NCBI GenBank assembly: GCA_046155125.1
Contig: JBJXEC010000004.1
Location: forward strand, 457-64,456
Reading direction: 5' to 3'
DNA length: 64,000 nucleotides
Source: Sphingomonas sp.
GTDB taxonomy: Bacteria > Pseudomonadota > Alphaproteobacteria > Sphingomonadales > Sphingomonadaceae
This document shows, one piece after another, positions 10,516 to 19,395 of the stretch. The notes under the pieces are model-generated. The model did no database searches. It saw nothing but the letters and a program-made list of their open reading frames with translations, and was not told the DNA's origin. The translations under genes were made by a program, and so were the position numbers. Each line of letters begins with the position of its first letter. Within the stretch, counting starts at the first letter, position 1.

Positions 10516-11424
10516 TCAGCTGCGTGCGTCGCGGCGCCTGAACGCTGCCGGGCTCGTGCCGACGATCTCGCGGAACTTCTTTGAAAACTGCGCATGGGTG
10601 GCAAAGCCGCAATCATGGGCGATGGAAGCGACGGAATCGTTTGAGGCCAGCAGCATCTGCTGCGCGTGCACGATCCGCTGGGTAATGACATAGCCATAAG
10701 GCGGGTGGCCGGTCGACTCGCGAAAAGCGCGAACAAAGTGATAGCGGCTATAGCCTGCAACGCCGGCCAGATCGTCGAGCGAAATCGGTTCGGCCAGATG
10801 CGCGAGAATGTAATCGCGCACGCGCTTTACCGTGCTGGGGGCAAGGGTCAGCCGATCAGCCGACGGCACCTCGCCGTAATTGTTCGTCGCCGCAAGCCGC
10901 ACCAGCAGCGCGTCGAGATAATGGTCCGCCGCCAGCAACCGTGCGGCGTCATCCTGCTCGTCCTGCGCCAGCGCCAGCGCGAGCTGGGCGATGAGTGCGT
11001 CATATTGCCCAATGCGTTCGCCAAACCCGACAGCTTGCGGCGCGCGATCAAAAACCTGGCCGATCAGATTGGAGAAGCGTTCTGGCTTCACATAGATGTG
11101 CACAAAAGCAATCGGGCCTTCCGTCGACCATTCATAAGTCTGGCCGGCTTCCACCGTCGTGCAGGAATTGAGCGGAACGTTGACTGAGCGCAGCTCGTTA
11201 CCACGCCGCCGATGCACGCGCTTTGGCCCCCCCTGATGCAGCACGATGAGGTGATGGTCGAGCGGCGGCTGCACCATATGCGCTTCGCTGCCTGACCAGG
11301 CCTGGACAATCGCGCCCGGCAAATGCCGCAAGCCGCCCGCTCGGGCGCCTTTGGGGGTGGCCCATTCGCGCCATTGCAACGGGTTCACCCGCTCATCCCG
11401 CCGAGTGCCTGCACTATACCGCAT
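10516..11424 (-). CDS. AraC family transcriptional regulator (cupin-like N-domain)
   Basis: It has a C-terminal double HTH (YSRYHFVRAFRESTGHPPYGYV...IAHDCGFATHAQFSKKFREIVGTSPAAFRR). ATG 11424 is preceded by GGAGGA. Confidence 0.85.
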   Translation of the reverse strand: MRYSAGTRRDERVNPLQWREWATPKGARAGGLRHLPGAIVQAWSGSEAHMVQPPLDHHLIVLHQGGPKRVHRRRGNELRSVNVPLNSCTTVEAGQTYEWSTEGPIAFVHIYVKPERFSNLIGQVFDRAPQAVGFGERIGQYDALIAQLALALAQDEQDDAARLLAADHYLDALLVRLAATNNYGEVPSADRLTLAPSTVKRVRDYILAHLAEPISLDDLAGVAGYSRYHFVRAFRESTGHPPYGYVITQRIVHAQQMLLASNDSVASIAHDCGFATHAQFSKKFREIVGTSPAAFRRRDARS

Positions 11425-11570
11425 CCGTAATTCCTCCGCTGCGCCAGATACTGCGCTCCCCAAGCCGACGAAAGACTCCAGTATCGAGATAGTGGCACAG
11501 ATGCGCGCGATTGTCCCATATCAGTGCGAAAGTGCCGGGGTTTGCGGCGTAGTGCCGCGGTCTTGCGGGC

Positions 11571-11954
11571 CTATCGCGCTGGGGTGTGCTGAAGCTCGCT
11601 CAGCGCAATAACGAGCGCTGCATCATCTGATTCCGACACCGGAGCATGAAAAACCTTGCGCATCTTGTCGATCTCGGCCTGCCATTTAGCGCTGTCAAGC
11701 GGCGGCTGACTGGCCAGCATTTCGGCTGAATGGCAGCCGCTGCAATTCTGGGTGAGCAAATCGCCATTTGCGGTGGCCGGCAGGACCGGGCGCTCTTCGG
11801 GCAGGGTTAGCGCGGCGGATTTCAAGGTAAAATCGGCGGCGACGGCGGGCGGTTGCGCGTCATCAATGGCGTTGGGAGCCCGGCCGCTGCAGGCAGAAAG
11901 GGCCGCGAGCAGGCCGAGTGCGGCCGATGCGTAGCGAGTGATCCGGCGGTTCAT
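11571..11954 (-). CDS. monohaem cytochrome c, SorB-like partner of sulfite dehydrogenase
   Basis: Trimmed to ATG 11954 (MNRRITRYASAALGLLAALSAC signal/lipobox-like). It has a single CXXCH (CSGCH). ATGA overlap with the upstream molybdoenzyme stop. Confidence 0.7.
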   Translation of the reverse strand: MNRRITRYASAALGLLAALSACSGRAPNAIDDAQPPAVAADFTLKSAALTLPEERPVLPATANGDLLTQNCSGCHSAEMLASQPPLDSAKWQAEIDKMRKVFHAPVSESDDAALVIALSELQHTPAR

Positions 11955-13141
11955 GCGACCGTCACGCGCCGGGTTTCGATGGTATTGAGCATATAGCCGC
12001 TGGGGTTCCACACCGGTGTGGATGTCTGGGTTTGCCCGGTGGCGTTGGTGCAGCGCAGCCGCAGGGCATGGCTGCCGATCGCGGGCGTCAATCGCGCTGA
12101 CCATGCCCTTAGCGAATATGTTCCATGGTCGCGCCCCAGCGTCGCCGCTTGCCAGCTTTTGCCGTCGAGTGACAGCTCGACGCGGGCGATGGCGCTGGCG
12201 CCGCCCATGGCGATGCCGCGAAGGTCAATCGGCGCGCCACGTTGAACGGCAATGTCCCCGGCATGGCTGGTGAAGAAGCTGCGCGGGACCATGCGGCTGA
12301 TTGGCTCTGTTGGGAAATCCTTGGCGCCGGGGATGACGCTTGCCGTCGGCGTTGTCGGGATACGATAGGCCTTGGCCATCCAGAAATTATCATCCTCGCC
12401 GGTCAGCACCTCGATATGGCCGAGCGCCTTGATCCAGTAGGTCGAGTACCAGCCCGGCACCACCAGCCGCAGCGGAAAGCCGTTGAGCAGCGGCAGCGCC
12501 TTGCCGTTCATGGCAAAGGCGACCAGCACCTCGCCATCGAGCGCATGGTCGATATCGAGCGACTTGGCGAACCAGTCGGCGCCTTCGGGTGGCCGATCGA
12601 GCCCTGCAAACCGGACGCGCCTGGCGCCCGCCGACACACCGGCCACCGCCAGCACGTCTTTCAGGCGGACCCCGGTCCAGCGGGCATTGCCGATCGCGCC
12701 GTTCCCCCATTGCGCGCCGGGTACGCGCGGCGAAAACAGCGCGCGCGAATTGCCGGAACACTGGTTGACAGCGTTCACCTCAACGCGCGGCATCTGAAGA
12801 AGTTCGGCAAGCGACAGCGCGCGCGGCTGGCGCACCGCGCCATCGATCTTGAGCCGGAACCCCGCCGCATCCACTTCCAGCGGGATGTCCGAATAGTGCC
12901 ATCGCACGAAAAAGCGGTCATTGGGGGTGAACACGCTTTTGTCGAAAACGTCGAAGGGCGTCTCCAGCAGGGGCGCGCGCTGGCGCAGCACGAGCATCGT
13001 GTGTTTGTCGGCAAAGTCGGTGGTGATCGGGCGTGACGGGCCACTGCCTCTGATCGACGCCGTGCCGATTTGCGGCAGCAACGCGGCCGCGCCACTCAGT
13101 CCCAGGGCGCCAAGCGCTGCCCGGCGGCCAACCTCAACCAT
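11951..13141 (-). CDS. sulfite oxidase family molybdopterin oxidoreductase, SorA-like sulfite dehydrogenase
   Basis: Trimmed to ATG 13141, which gives a twin-arginine signal (MVEVGRRAALGALG). It has the Mo-ligand cysteine context NQCSGNSR, the LRLVVPGWYSTYWIK block, and a C-terminal extension of the length expected for a dimerisation domain. Confidence 0.8.
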   Translation of the reverse strand: MVEVGRRAALGALGLSGAAALLPQIGTASIRGSGPSRPITTDFADKHTMLVLRQRAPLLETPFDVFDKSVFTPNDRFFVRWHYSDIPLEVDAAGFRLKIDGAVRQPRALSLAELLQMPRVEVNAVNQCSGNSRALFSPRVPGAQWGNGAIGNARWTGVRLKDVLAVAGVSAGARRVRFAGLDRPPEGADWFAKSLDIDHALDGEVLVAFAMNGKALPLLNGFPLRLVVPGWYSTYWIKALGHIEVLTGEDDNFWMAKAYRIPTTPTASVIPGAKDFPTEPISRMVPRSFFTSHAGDIAVQRGAPIDLRGIAMGGASAIARVELSLDGKSWQAATLGRDHGTYSLRAWSARLTPAIGSHALRLRCTNATGQTQTSTPVWNPSGYMLNTIETRRVTVA

Positions 13142-13721
13142 GGATCGCGACCAACGGCGCAAACCGCGCGACTTGCTGCCCGACGAGCGCCAGCTGCTCG
13201 GCAACCAAGGGCTCGCTTGCGCCGCCTGCATCGTCAAACTTTGTAAGCTGGGTGTTGATGGCCGCCGCAAAGGGCGTTGGCCAGCCGCGCAGCGCATGGA
13301 CAATCGAACGCAGCGCCGCAATGGTGCTGCCAGTTGCCTGCCAGCCATAAGCGGTCGCGATCAGGCCGACGGGCATGTCGGCGAGATAGGGCCGGGCGTC
13401 GCCCGACGTTTCCTCAAGCAGATCAAGCGCGTTCTTCACCACGCCCGAAATGCTGCCATGATAGCCGGGCGACGCGATGATGAGCGCAGACGCTTCGCGC
13501 ACGGCGCCCACAAACGCGAGTTCCTCAGCCGTCCTGCTCGTGGCCTTTGGATCATAAAGCGGCAGCCGGGCCATGTCGGCACCGCCGAACATGCGGGTGC
13601 GGAACCCCTGGCGGCCGGCGCTTTCCAGCGCGATGTTGAGCGCGCGCTCAGTTGACGACACACCGCCGATGGTGCCCCCAATGCCGACGACGAGCGGGGC
13701 TTGGGCAACTGAGTCGGCCAT
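13134..13721 (-). CDS. NAD(P)H-dependent FMN reductase (SsuE/MsuE/SmoA-like)
   Basis: 195 aa with the IIASPGYHGSISGVVKNALD block typical of the FMN_red family. Its stop overlaps the sorA-like start by 8 nt. Confidence 0.8.
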   Translation of the reverse strand: MADSVAQAPLVVGIGGTIGGVSSTERALNIALESAGRQGFRTRMFGGADMARLPLYDPKATSRTAEELAFVGAVREASALIIASPGYHGSISGVVKNALDLLEETSGDARPYLADMPVGLIATAYGWQATGSTIAALRSIVHALRGWPTPFAAAINTQLTKFDDAGGASEPLVAEQLALVGQQVARFAPLVAIHG

Positions 13722-13736
13722 CAGCTTATGCCATCC

Positions 13737-14819
13737 TTATGCGAGCAGGCCGTGGTCGATCCGCGGCAGCACGTGGCGCGCCACCAGATCAGCTTCTGCG
13801 GCATGAGGATAGCCCGAGAGGATGAAGGCCTCAATGCCCATCGCGCGATAATCATTGAGCTTGGCGATCACCTGGTCGGGGTCACCCACAATTGCCGCTC
13901 CGCAGCCCGAGCGCGCGCGGCCGATGCCAGTCCACAAATTGGCCTCAGCATAGCCATCGTCGCCGGCATTTTCCCGAAGCGCGGCTTGTGCGGCGACTCC
14001 AGCCGAGGATGAATCGAGCGATTTCGCACGGATGGCGGCCCCTTGCGCGGCATCAAGCTTTGAGAGCAGCCGGTCAGCGGCGCTGCGCGCTTCGTCTTCG
14101 GTTTCGCGCACGATCATGTGGGCGCGGTAGCCAAAGCGCAGTGTGCGGCCGTGGCGCGCGGCGCGGGCGCGCATGTCAGCGATGATGTCAGCCACCGCCT
14201 CGCGCTTGTCGGGCCACATCAAATACACGTCGCAGCCCTTGGCGGCCGCTTCACGCGCATCCTCGCTGAGCCCACCGAAATAGAGTTGGGGTGCCTTGCC
14301 GGAGACGGTGCCGATGCGCGGCGGGTCGAGCTTCAGCGTCCAGAATTCGCCCTCATGGTCGAGCGGCTCGCCGTTCAGCAGCGTTTTCAGGATGTGCATC
14401 GCCTCCGTGGTGCGCGCATAGCGCGGCGCCGATGCAAGCGTTTCGCCCGGGAGGTCAGAGGAGATGATGTTCACCTTTAGCCGCCCGCCCAGCATCTGGT
14501 CGATCGTCGCAATCTGACGGGCAAGCTGCGGCGGCCAGCTTTCCCCCACGCGCACGGCCATCAGCAGGGCGAGGCGGCGCAGCAGCGGGGCGATACCGGC
14601 GGCAAACGCGGTGGTGTCCATGCCCAGCGCATAACCGGAAGGCAGCAAAATATTGTCGAACCCGCCGGTTTCGGCCTGCATCACGATGTCGCGGCAATGC
14701 GCCCAGCTTGATTTTAGCGCGGCGTCCGGCACGCCGAGAAACTCATAGTCATCGTCACACAGCGCAGAGAACCAGCTTATCTCGCAAGGGGGGAGCGGGT
14801 TGGGCGCCGCCGCGGTCAT
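13737..14819 (-). CDS. LLM-class FMNH2-dependent monooxygenase, alkanesulfonate monooxygenase (SsuD) family
   Basis: Trimmed to ATG 14819 (ATGA overlap with the AKR stop). It is colinear with remembered E. coli SsuD blocks: LYFGG, RFGYRAHMIVRETEDEA, NLWTGIG, VGDPDQV and SGYPH. Confidence 0.85.
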   Translation of the reverse strand: MTAAAPNPLPPCEISWFSALCDDDYEFLGVPDAALKSSWAHCRDIVMQAETGGFDNILLPSGYALGMDTTAFAAGIAPLLRRLALLMAVRVGESWPPQLARQIATIDQMLGGRLKVNIISSDLPGETLASAPRYARTTEAMHILKTLLNGEPLDHEGEFWTLKLDPPRIGTVSGKAPQLYFGGLSEDAREAAAKGCDVYLMWPDKREAVADIIADMRARAARHGRTLRFGYRAHMIVRETEDEARSAADRLLSKLDAAQGAAIRAKSLDSSSAGVAAQAALRENAGDDGYAEANLWTGIGRARSGCGAAIVGDPDQVIAKLNDYRAMGIEAFILSGYPHAAEADLVARHVLPRIDHGLLA

Positions 14820-15733
14820 GGCAGCGGTACGCCGCGCGCGGCGACCAGCACTTGATACCAGCGGGTCCGCGTCCAGCGCGCCTTGTAGACTTCGCCAATT
14901 TCGGCGACGCGGCTGAGATTTTGCGTGCCGACAATCGGGATGGCGCGCGCCGGGTGCGCCATGATCCAGCCATAGGCAGCGGCCGCCCGGCTGATCCCGG
15001 CCTCGTCCGCGACCACATCGAGCGCGGCAGCCACGGCGCGCGCGCGGCCATCTTCTGGCGCGCCAATCCGCCCGCCACCCAGCGGAGACCATGCCAGCAC
15101 GGCAATGTCGCGCTCCATCGCAAGGTCAAGCAAGCCATCTTCGACAGGTTCAATCGCAAGCGGCGAGAGTTCGGGCTGGATGCTGGCCAGCGGGATGGTC
15201 AGCAGCGCGCCCAGCGCGCGAGTTTGCGCGATGGAATAGTTGGAGATGCCCACCGCGCGCACCTTGCCCGACGTGACCATATTCTCCAGCGTGCGCGCAA
15301 CGTCGTGCGGGTGCGCGAGCACGTCCGGCCGGTGGATTTGGTAGAGATCAACCTGCTCGACTTGCAACCGCCGCAGCGACGAATCGAGCGCGTCCATCAA
15401 ATAGTCGCTGCTGGAGTCGTAGGGTACCGGCGGCGTGATGCCGCCCTTGGTCGCGAGCACCATGCGCCCGCGCAGCGCCGGCGCTTCGGCAAAGACGCGG
15501 CCCAGCAGGCGTTCGGCATCACCAAACCCGCCGGAGCCGTCAAAGCCATAGATATCAGCCGTGTCGAACAGCGTAACCCCGGCCTCGAACGCGGCTTCGA
15601 CCAGCGCGCGCCCTTCGGACACGGTGGCGTTGCTGAAACGCCACATGCCCCAGGCAATCGGGCTGACCATCAATCCACTCTTGCCGAGCGGGCGGGAATC
15701 GGGTGTAAGTATAATTTCAGACATCGTTGTCAT
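14816..15733 (-). CDS. aldo/keto reductase
   Basis: 305 aa with AKR blocks (GMWRF, LFDTADIYG, LDLYQIHRPD, GISNY). It is the first gene of the minus-strand operon. Confidence 0.88.
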   Translation of the reverse strand: MTTMSEIILTPDSRPLGKSGLMVSPIAWGMWRFSNATVSEGRALVEAAFEAGVTLFDTADIYGFDGSGGFGDAERLLGRVFAEAPALRGRMVLATKGGITPPVPYDSSSDYLMDALDSSLRRLQVEQVDLYQIHRPDVLAHPHDVARTLENMVTSGKVRAVGISNYSIAQTRALGALLTIPLASIQPELSPLAIEPVEDGLLDLAMERDIAVLAWSPLGGGRIGAPEDGRARAVAAALDVVADEAGISRAAAAYGWIMAHPARAIPIVGTQNLSRVAEIGEVYKARWTRTRWYQVLVAARGVPLP

Positions 15734-16860
15734 ACATAGAGGCGAGACGGTTGGGAGAGCAAGTCCGATATGGGCTGATCGGCACCGGAATGATGGGGGT
15801 CGAGCATATCAACAACCTGGCGATCACGCCGGGGGCCGTTGTTACTGCCATCGCCGACCCGGTCCCGGCCTCGGTCGAGTGGGCGTCCGCCGCGCTTGGC
15901 CCGCGCGCGCAAGGAGTTGCGACCTTCGACAGCGCCGCAGCACTGGCGGCGAGCGGCGCGTGCGACGCGGTGATCGTTGCGAGCCCCAATCACACCCATC
16001 GCGCGGTGCTGGCGCCGCTGTTCGACGCTGGCTTGCACATCCTTTGCGAAAAGCCGCTGGCTACCACGCTTGCCGATGCGCGGTGGATCGTCGACCGCGC
16101 GGAAGCGACCGACCGCGTGTTCTGGACAGCGATGGAATATCGCTACATGCCACCGGCGGCCGCCTTCATTGCCGACGTGCATGGCGGGCGCATCGGCCGG
16201 TTGCAAATGCTGTCGATCCGCGAGCACCGCTTTCCCTTCCTGGCCAAAGTCGGCGACTGGAACCGGTTTTCGCGCAACACTGGCGGCACGATGGTCGAGA
16301 AATGCTGCCATTTCTTCGACTTGATGCGCCTGATCGTCCAGTCGGCGCCGGTGCGCGTCTATTGCTCCGGCGCGATGGACGTGAACCATCTGGACGAGCT
16401 TTATGGCGGTGAAATACCTGACATTATCGACAACAGCTTTACCACCGTTGATTTTGCCAATGGCGTGCGCGCGATGCTCGATTTGTCGATGTTCGCAGAC
16501 GGCGCGGAAAATCAGGAAGAAATCACGGCGGTTGGCGACAAGGCCCGGCTCGATGTGCTCATACCCGAAGGCGCGCTGGTCTTCTCGCCGCGGGTTGGCT
16601 TTCGCGGCGAAAAAAAGGTCGAGCGCCGGGTGGTCGAGGTGGACCAGGCAGCGCTTAACGCCGGCAGCCACCACGGCTCGACCTTTTACGAGCACCAGAA
16701 ATTTATCGCGGCAGTGCGCGGCGTTGGACCAGTCGAGGTTACCGCGCGCGACGGATTGATGGCGGTTGCAATGGGCATGGCTGCTGAAATCAGCGCGCGC
16801 GAACACCGCGTGGTCGCCATGGAAGAATTGGGTTTGGGTAAGGAATTATTGTTGGCGTGA
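15727..16860 (+). CDS. Gfo/Idh/MocA family oxidoreductase
   Basis: It has an N-terminal Rossmann fold (YGLIGTGMMGVEHI) and the EKP motif (ILCEKPLATT). The true start may be TTG 15751, because ATG 15727 overlaps the divergent AKR start. Confidence 0.85.
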   Translation: MSYIEARRLGEQVRYGLIGTGMMGVEHINNLAITPGAVVTAIADPVPASVEWASAALGPRAQGVATFDSAAALAASGACDAVIVASPNHTHRAVLAPLFDAGLHILCEKPLATTLADARWIVDRAEATDRVFWTAMEYRYMPPAAAFIADVHGGRIGRLQMLSIREHRFPFLAKVGDWNRFSRNTGGTMVEKCCHFFDLMRLIVQSAPVRVYCSGAMDVNHLDELYGGEIPDIIDNSFTTVDFANGVRAMLDLSMFADGAENQEEITAVGDKARLDVLIPEGALVFSPRVGFRGEKKVERRVVEVDQAALNAGSHHGSTFYEHQKFIAAVRGVGPVEVTARDGLMAVAMGMAAEISAREHRVVAMEELGLGKELLLA

Positions 16861-16924
16861 ACGCGCAAAGGCGCGGCATGCCCCAAGAAACGGCATTATT
16901 TTAAGCAATCCGGGGAGGAATTTA

Positions 16925-19336
16925 ATGAACAAGGCACTATTGTTTGCAGGCGCTGCATGCTTTGCGATCGTGGCGGCCACGCCTGCCGTTGCGCAGACTG
17001 GCCCGGCCACAGCGCAGGACCAGGCGGCCGACGACAACGCACCACAGCCCGGCGACATCGTCGTCACTGCACAGAAACGCTCGGAGCGATTGCAGGATGT
17101 GCCGGTTGCGGTGTCGGTCATCGGTGGCGATGATCTGGCGTCGGTCGGCAAGGTCAGCCTTGAAGGCGCGCAATATCTGGTGCCGACGCTTAACTTCTTG
17201 AAATCGGGCACAACGCTCAACCAGTCACTGTTCCTGCGCGGGGTCGGCACGGCGACCTTCTCGATTGCCGGCGAGCCTTCGGTGTCGACGGTGGTTGATG
17301 GCGTTGTGTACAGTCGCTCGGGCGAGGCGTTCAGCGAACTTGTCGACATTGACCGCATCGAAGTGCTGCGCGGGCCGCAGGGCACGCTGTTCGGGAAAAA
17401 CGCGTCGGCGGGCGTTATCAACATCGTGTCGAAGCGGCCCACCAGCACCTTTGGCGGCTATTCCGAATTCGGTTATTTTAGCGACTCTGAGTATCGCGGG
17501 CGCGTGGCGCTCAACGTGCCGATCGGCGACAAGATTCGCAGCCGGGCGACGGGCTTTTTTGATACCTATGACGGCAATATCCGCAACGTTACCCGCAACC
17601 GGCAGGTAAACGGCTTCCTCCATTATGGCGGCCGGTTGCAGCTTGAGGCGGATGCAGCGCCCAATCTGAGCCTCGCCTTCATCGCTGATTATCATCACAA
17701 TGACGACGATTGCTGCGCCGAAGTGATTGCAACGCCGCCAATTGCAGGTGCAACCGGGCTGCCGACCACCAATTTGTCGTCCGCCGTGCTCCCCATTCCG
17801 CGCGGAGCAGATACGCGCGAAGTGGCGCAGAACCTCGTCACCGCGACCATCGAAACGGGTTATGGATTTTCGCTCCAGGCCGATTTGACGGTTGCCGAGC
17901 ACGTAATCACCTCGATCACCGCGTACCGTGTTTATGAAAATAACGAGATCCGGGATGGCGATTTCCTGCCGGCGGCGTTTGTCGGTTTCAACCAGCTTCA
18001 TGATTTTGGCCCGCAAACGGGCAATACCTTCACGCAGGAAGTGCGGCTGACCTCGCCGGGCAAGCAATTGTTCAACTATGTGCTGGGGGCCTTTTATTCG
18101 CGGGCGGTGTCGGAGCGCATTTTCAGCCGGTTCGTCACGCGCTGTGCGGCGGCGCCCGGGGCTGTGCTGTCGACGACTGCGCCCACGCCGTGCAGCAGTC
18201 CGCTTGCCGCCCCTATAACGCAGCCTTTTGGCACCGCCGATTTTGGCTCGACGTTCGACAATTTTTCGCTGTTCGGCCAGGGCACGCTGAATGCGACCAG
18301 CTTTTTGCGCTTTATCGGCGGCATTCGCTTTACGTCTGATAATCTTGACGTGTTTCATTCGCGCACCGCGAGAAACCTTGATGTGAACGCAGCCGGCGTG
18401 CCGGTTGGCACCGCGGGCATTAACCCTGCTTTTGATCAGGGCGTGTTCGATTCGCCCGGCGTAAACGGCGTGGTGACGGCGACGAACGGCATCCCCTTTA
18501 CCGCGCGCACCAGCGCCACCAATTTCTCCGGCAAGGGCGGCGTTCAGGTAGATGTGTCGCGCAACAACACCGCCTATTTCACCTATTCACGCGGGTATAA
18601 GGGCCCGGCGTTCAACGTGTTTTTCAACCTGTCGAAAAACGGCACCAACGCGATCGCGCCGGAAACGTCGAACGCGTACGAAGTCGGCCTGAAGAATACG
18701 CTTTTCGGTGGCCGTCTGGTGCTGAACATCGCGGCATTCCTGGCGCAATATCAAAATTTCCAGGCCAATAACCCGGATAATATCGCCGGCGTCGTCGTCA
18801 CGCGGTTTACTAATGCAGGCCGGGTGTCGACGCGCGGGGCCGAGCTCGATGCAAGCTTTCGCCCGGTTGCCGGGCTGAATTTTTCGGGCGGCGTTGCGTA
18901 CACCGATGCGCATGTTGACCAGTTCAATGCGCCCGCTGGCGCTACGCCTGCGCAGATCATCCCTTCGGGCACACCGCTTGGCTTTGCGCCAAAGTGGAAG
19001 GGCAATTTGTCCGCTGATTATCGGTGGCGCGGCAACGGCAATTTCGACGTGCTGCTGGGCGCGCAAGGCTCTTACCAAAGTTCGCAGCTTGCCGCTTTTT
19101 CGCCCGATCCGGTCATCCGGCGCCTTGGCACCATTGGCGCCTATGGCCTCATCAACCTGTCGGTCGCGATTGCCGACAAGGCGGATCATTACCGGCTGAC
19201 CTTCCAGGTGCGCAATTTGCTCGACCAGAGTTTTGCCGCCGCGATATCCAATGGCGGACCAGGCGGCGCTTATCGTTATCAAATTCCCCGTGACGCCGAT
19301 CGCTATTTCGGGGTGACTGGACGCGTGAATTTCTAA
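16925..19336 (+). CDS. TonB-dependent receptor
   Basis: Trimmed to ATG 16925 after GGGGAGGAA. It has a signal peptide ending AVAQ, a plug region (DIVVTAQKRSERLQDVPVAVSVI), a long beta-barrel, and a C-terminal VTGRVNF ending in Phe. Confidence 0.9.
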   Translation: MNKALLFAGAACFAIVAATPAVAQTGPATAQDQAADDNAPQPGDIVVTAQKRSERLQDVPVAVSVIGGDDLASVGKVSLEGAQYLVPTLNFLKSGTTLNQSLFLRGVGTATFSIAGEPSVSTVVDGVVYSRSGEAFSELVDIDRIEVLRGPQGTLFGKNASAGVINIVSKRPTSTFGGYSEFGYFSDSEYRGRVALNVPIGDKIRSRATGFFDTYDGNIRNVTRNRQVNGFLHYGGRLQLEADAAPNLSLAFIADYHHNDDDCCAEVIATPPIAGATGLPTTNLSSAVLPIPRGADTREVAQNLVTATIETGYGFSLQADLTVAEHVITSITAYRVYENNEIRDGDFLPAAFVGFNQLHDFGPQTGNTFTQEVRLTSPGKQLFNYVLGAFYSRAVSERIFSRFVTRCAAAPGAVLSTTAPTPCSSPLAAPITQPFGTADFGSTFDNFSLFGQGTLNATSFLRFIGGIRFTSDNLDVFHSRTARNLDVNAAGVPVGTAGINPAFDQGVFDSPGVNGVVTATNGIPFTARTSATNFSGKGGVQVDVSRNNTAYFTYSRGYKGPAFNVFFNLSKNGTNAIAPETSNAYEVGLKNTLFGGRLVLNIAAFLAQYQNFQANNPDNIAGVVVTRFTNAGRVSTRGAELDASFRPVAGLNFSGGVAYTDAHVDQFNAPAGATPAQIIPSGTPLGFAPKWKGNLSADYRWRGNGNFDVLLGAQGSYQSSQLAAFSPDPVIRRLGTIGAYGLINLSVAIADKADHYRLTFQVRNLLDQSFAAAISNGGPGGAYRYQIPRDADRYFGVTGRVNF

Positions 19337-19357
19337 CCGGGAGGCGGTGCAGGATAC

Positions 19358-19395
19358 GCCCGGCCAGGGAGCACTCCTCGGCCGGGCTTTCTTTG
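19358..19395 (+). terminator. rho-independent terminator between convergent TonB receptor and MFS genes
   Basis: The perfect 8-bp GC stem GCCCGGCC (19358-19365) pairs with GGCCGGGC (19380-19387). It is followed by TTTCTTTG. Confidence 0.6.

Noticed and set aside
15730-16806. 358-aa minus-strand ORF opposite the Gfo/Idh/MocA gene. The same problem applies to 8459-9469, 17225-18358, 23310-24362, 31984-33084, 33362-34297, 35956-37005, 37563-38354 and 42753-43772.
   Set aside because: All lie antisense to genes with strong family signatures (ThiC, TonB receptors, PBP, Acs, RfbG and others). They are best explained as high-GC shadow ORFs, not as overlapping genes.
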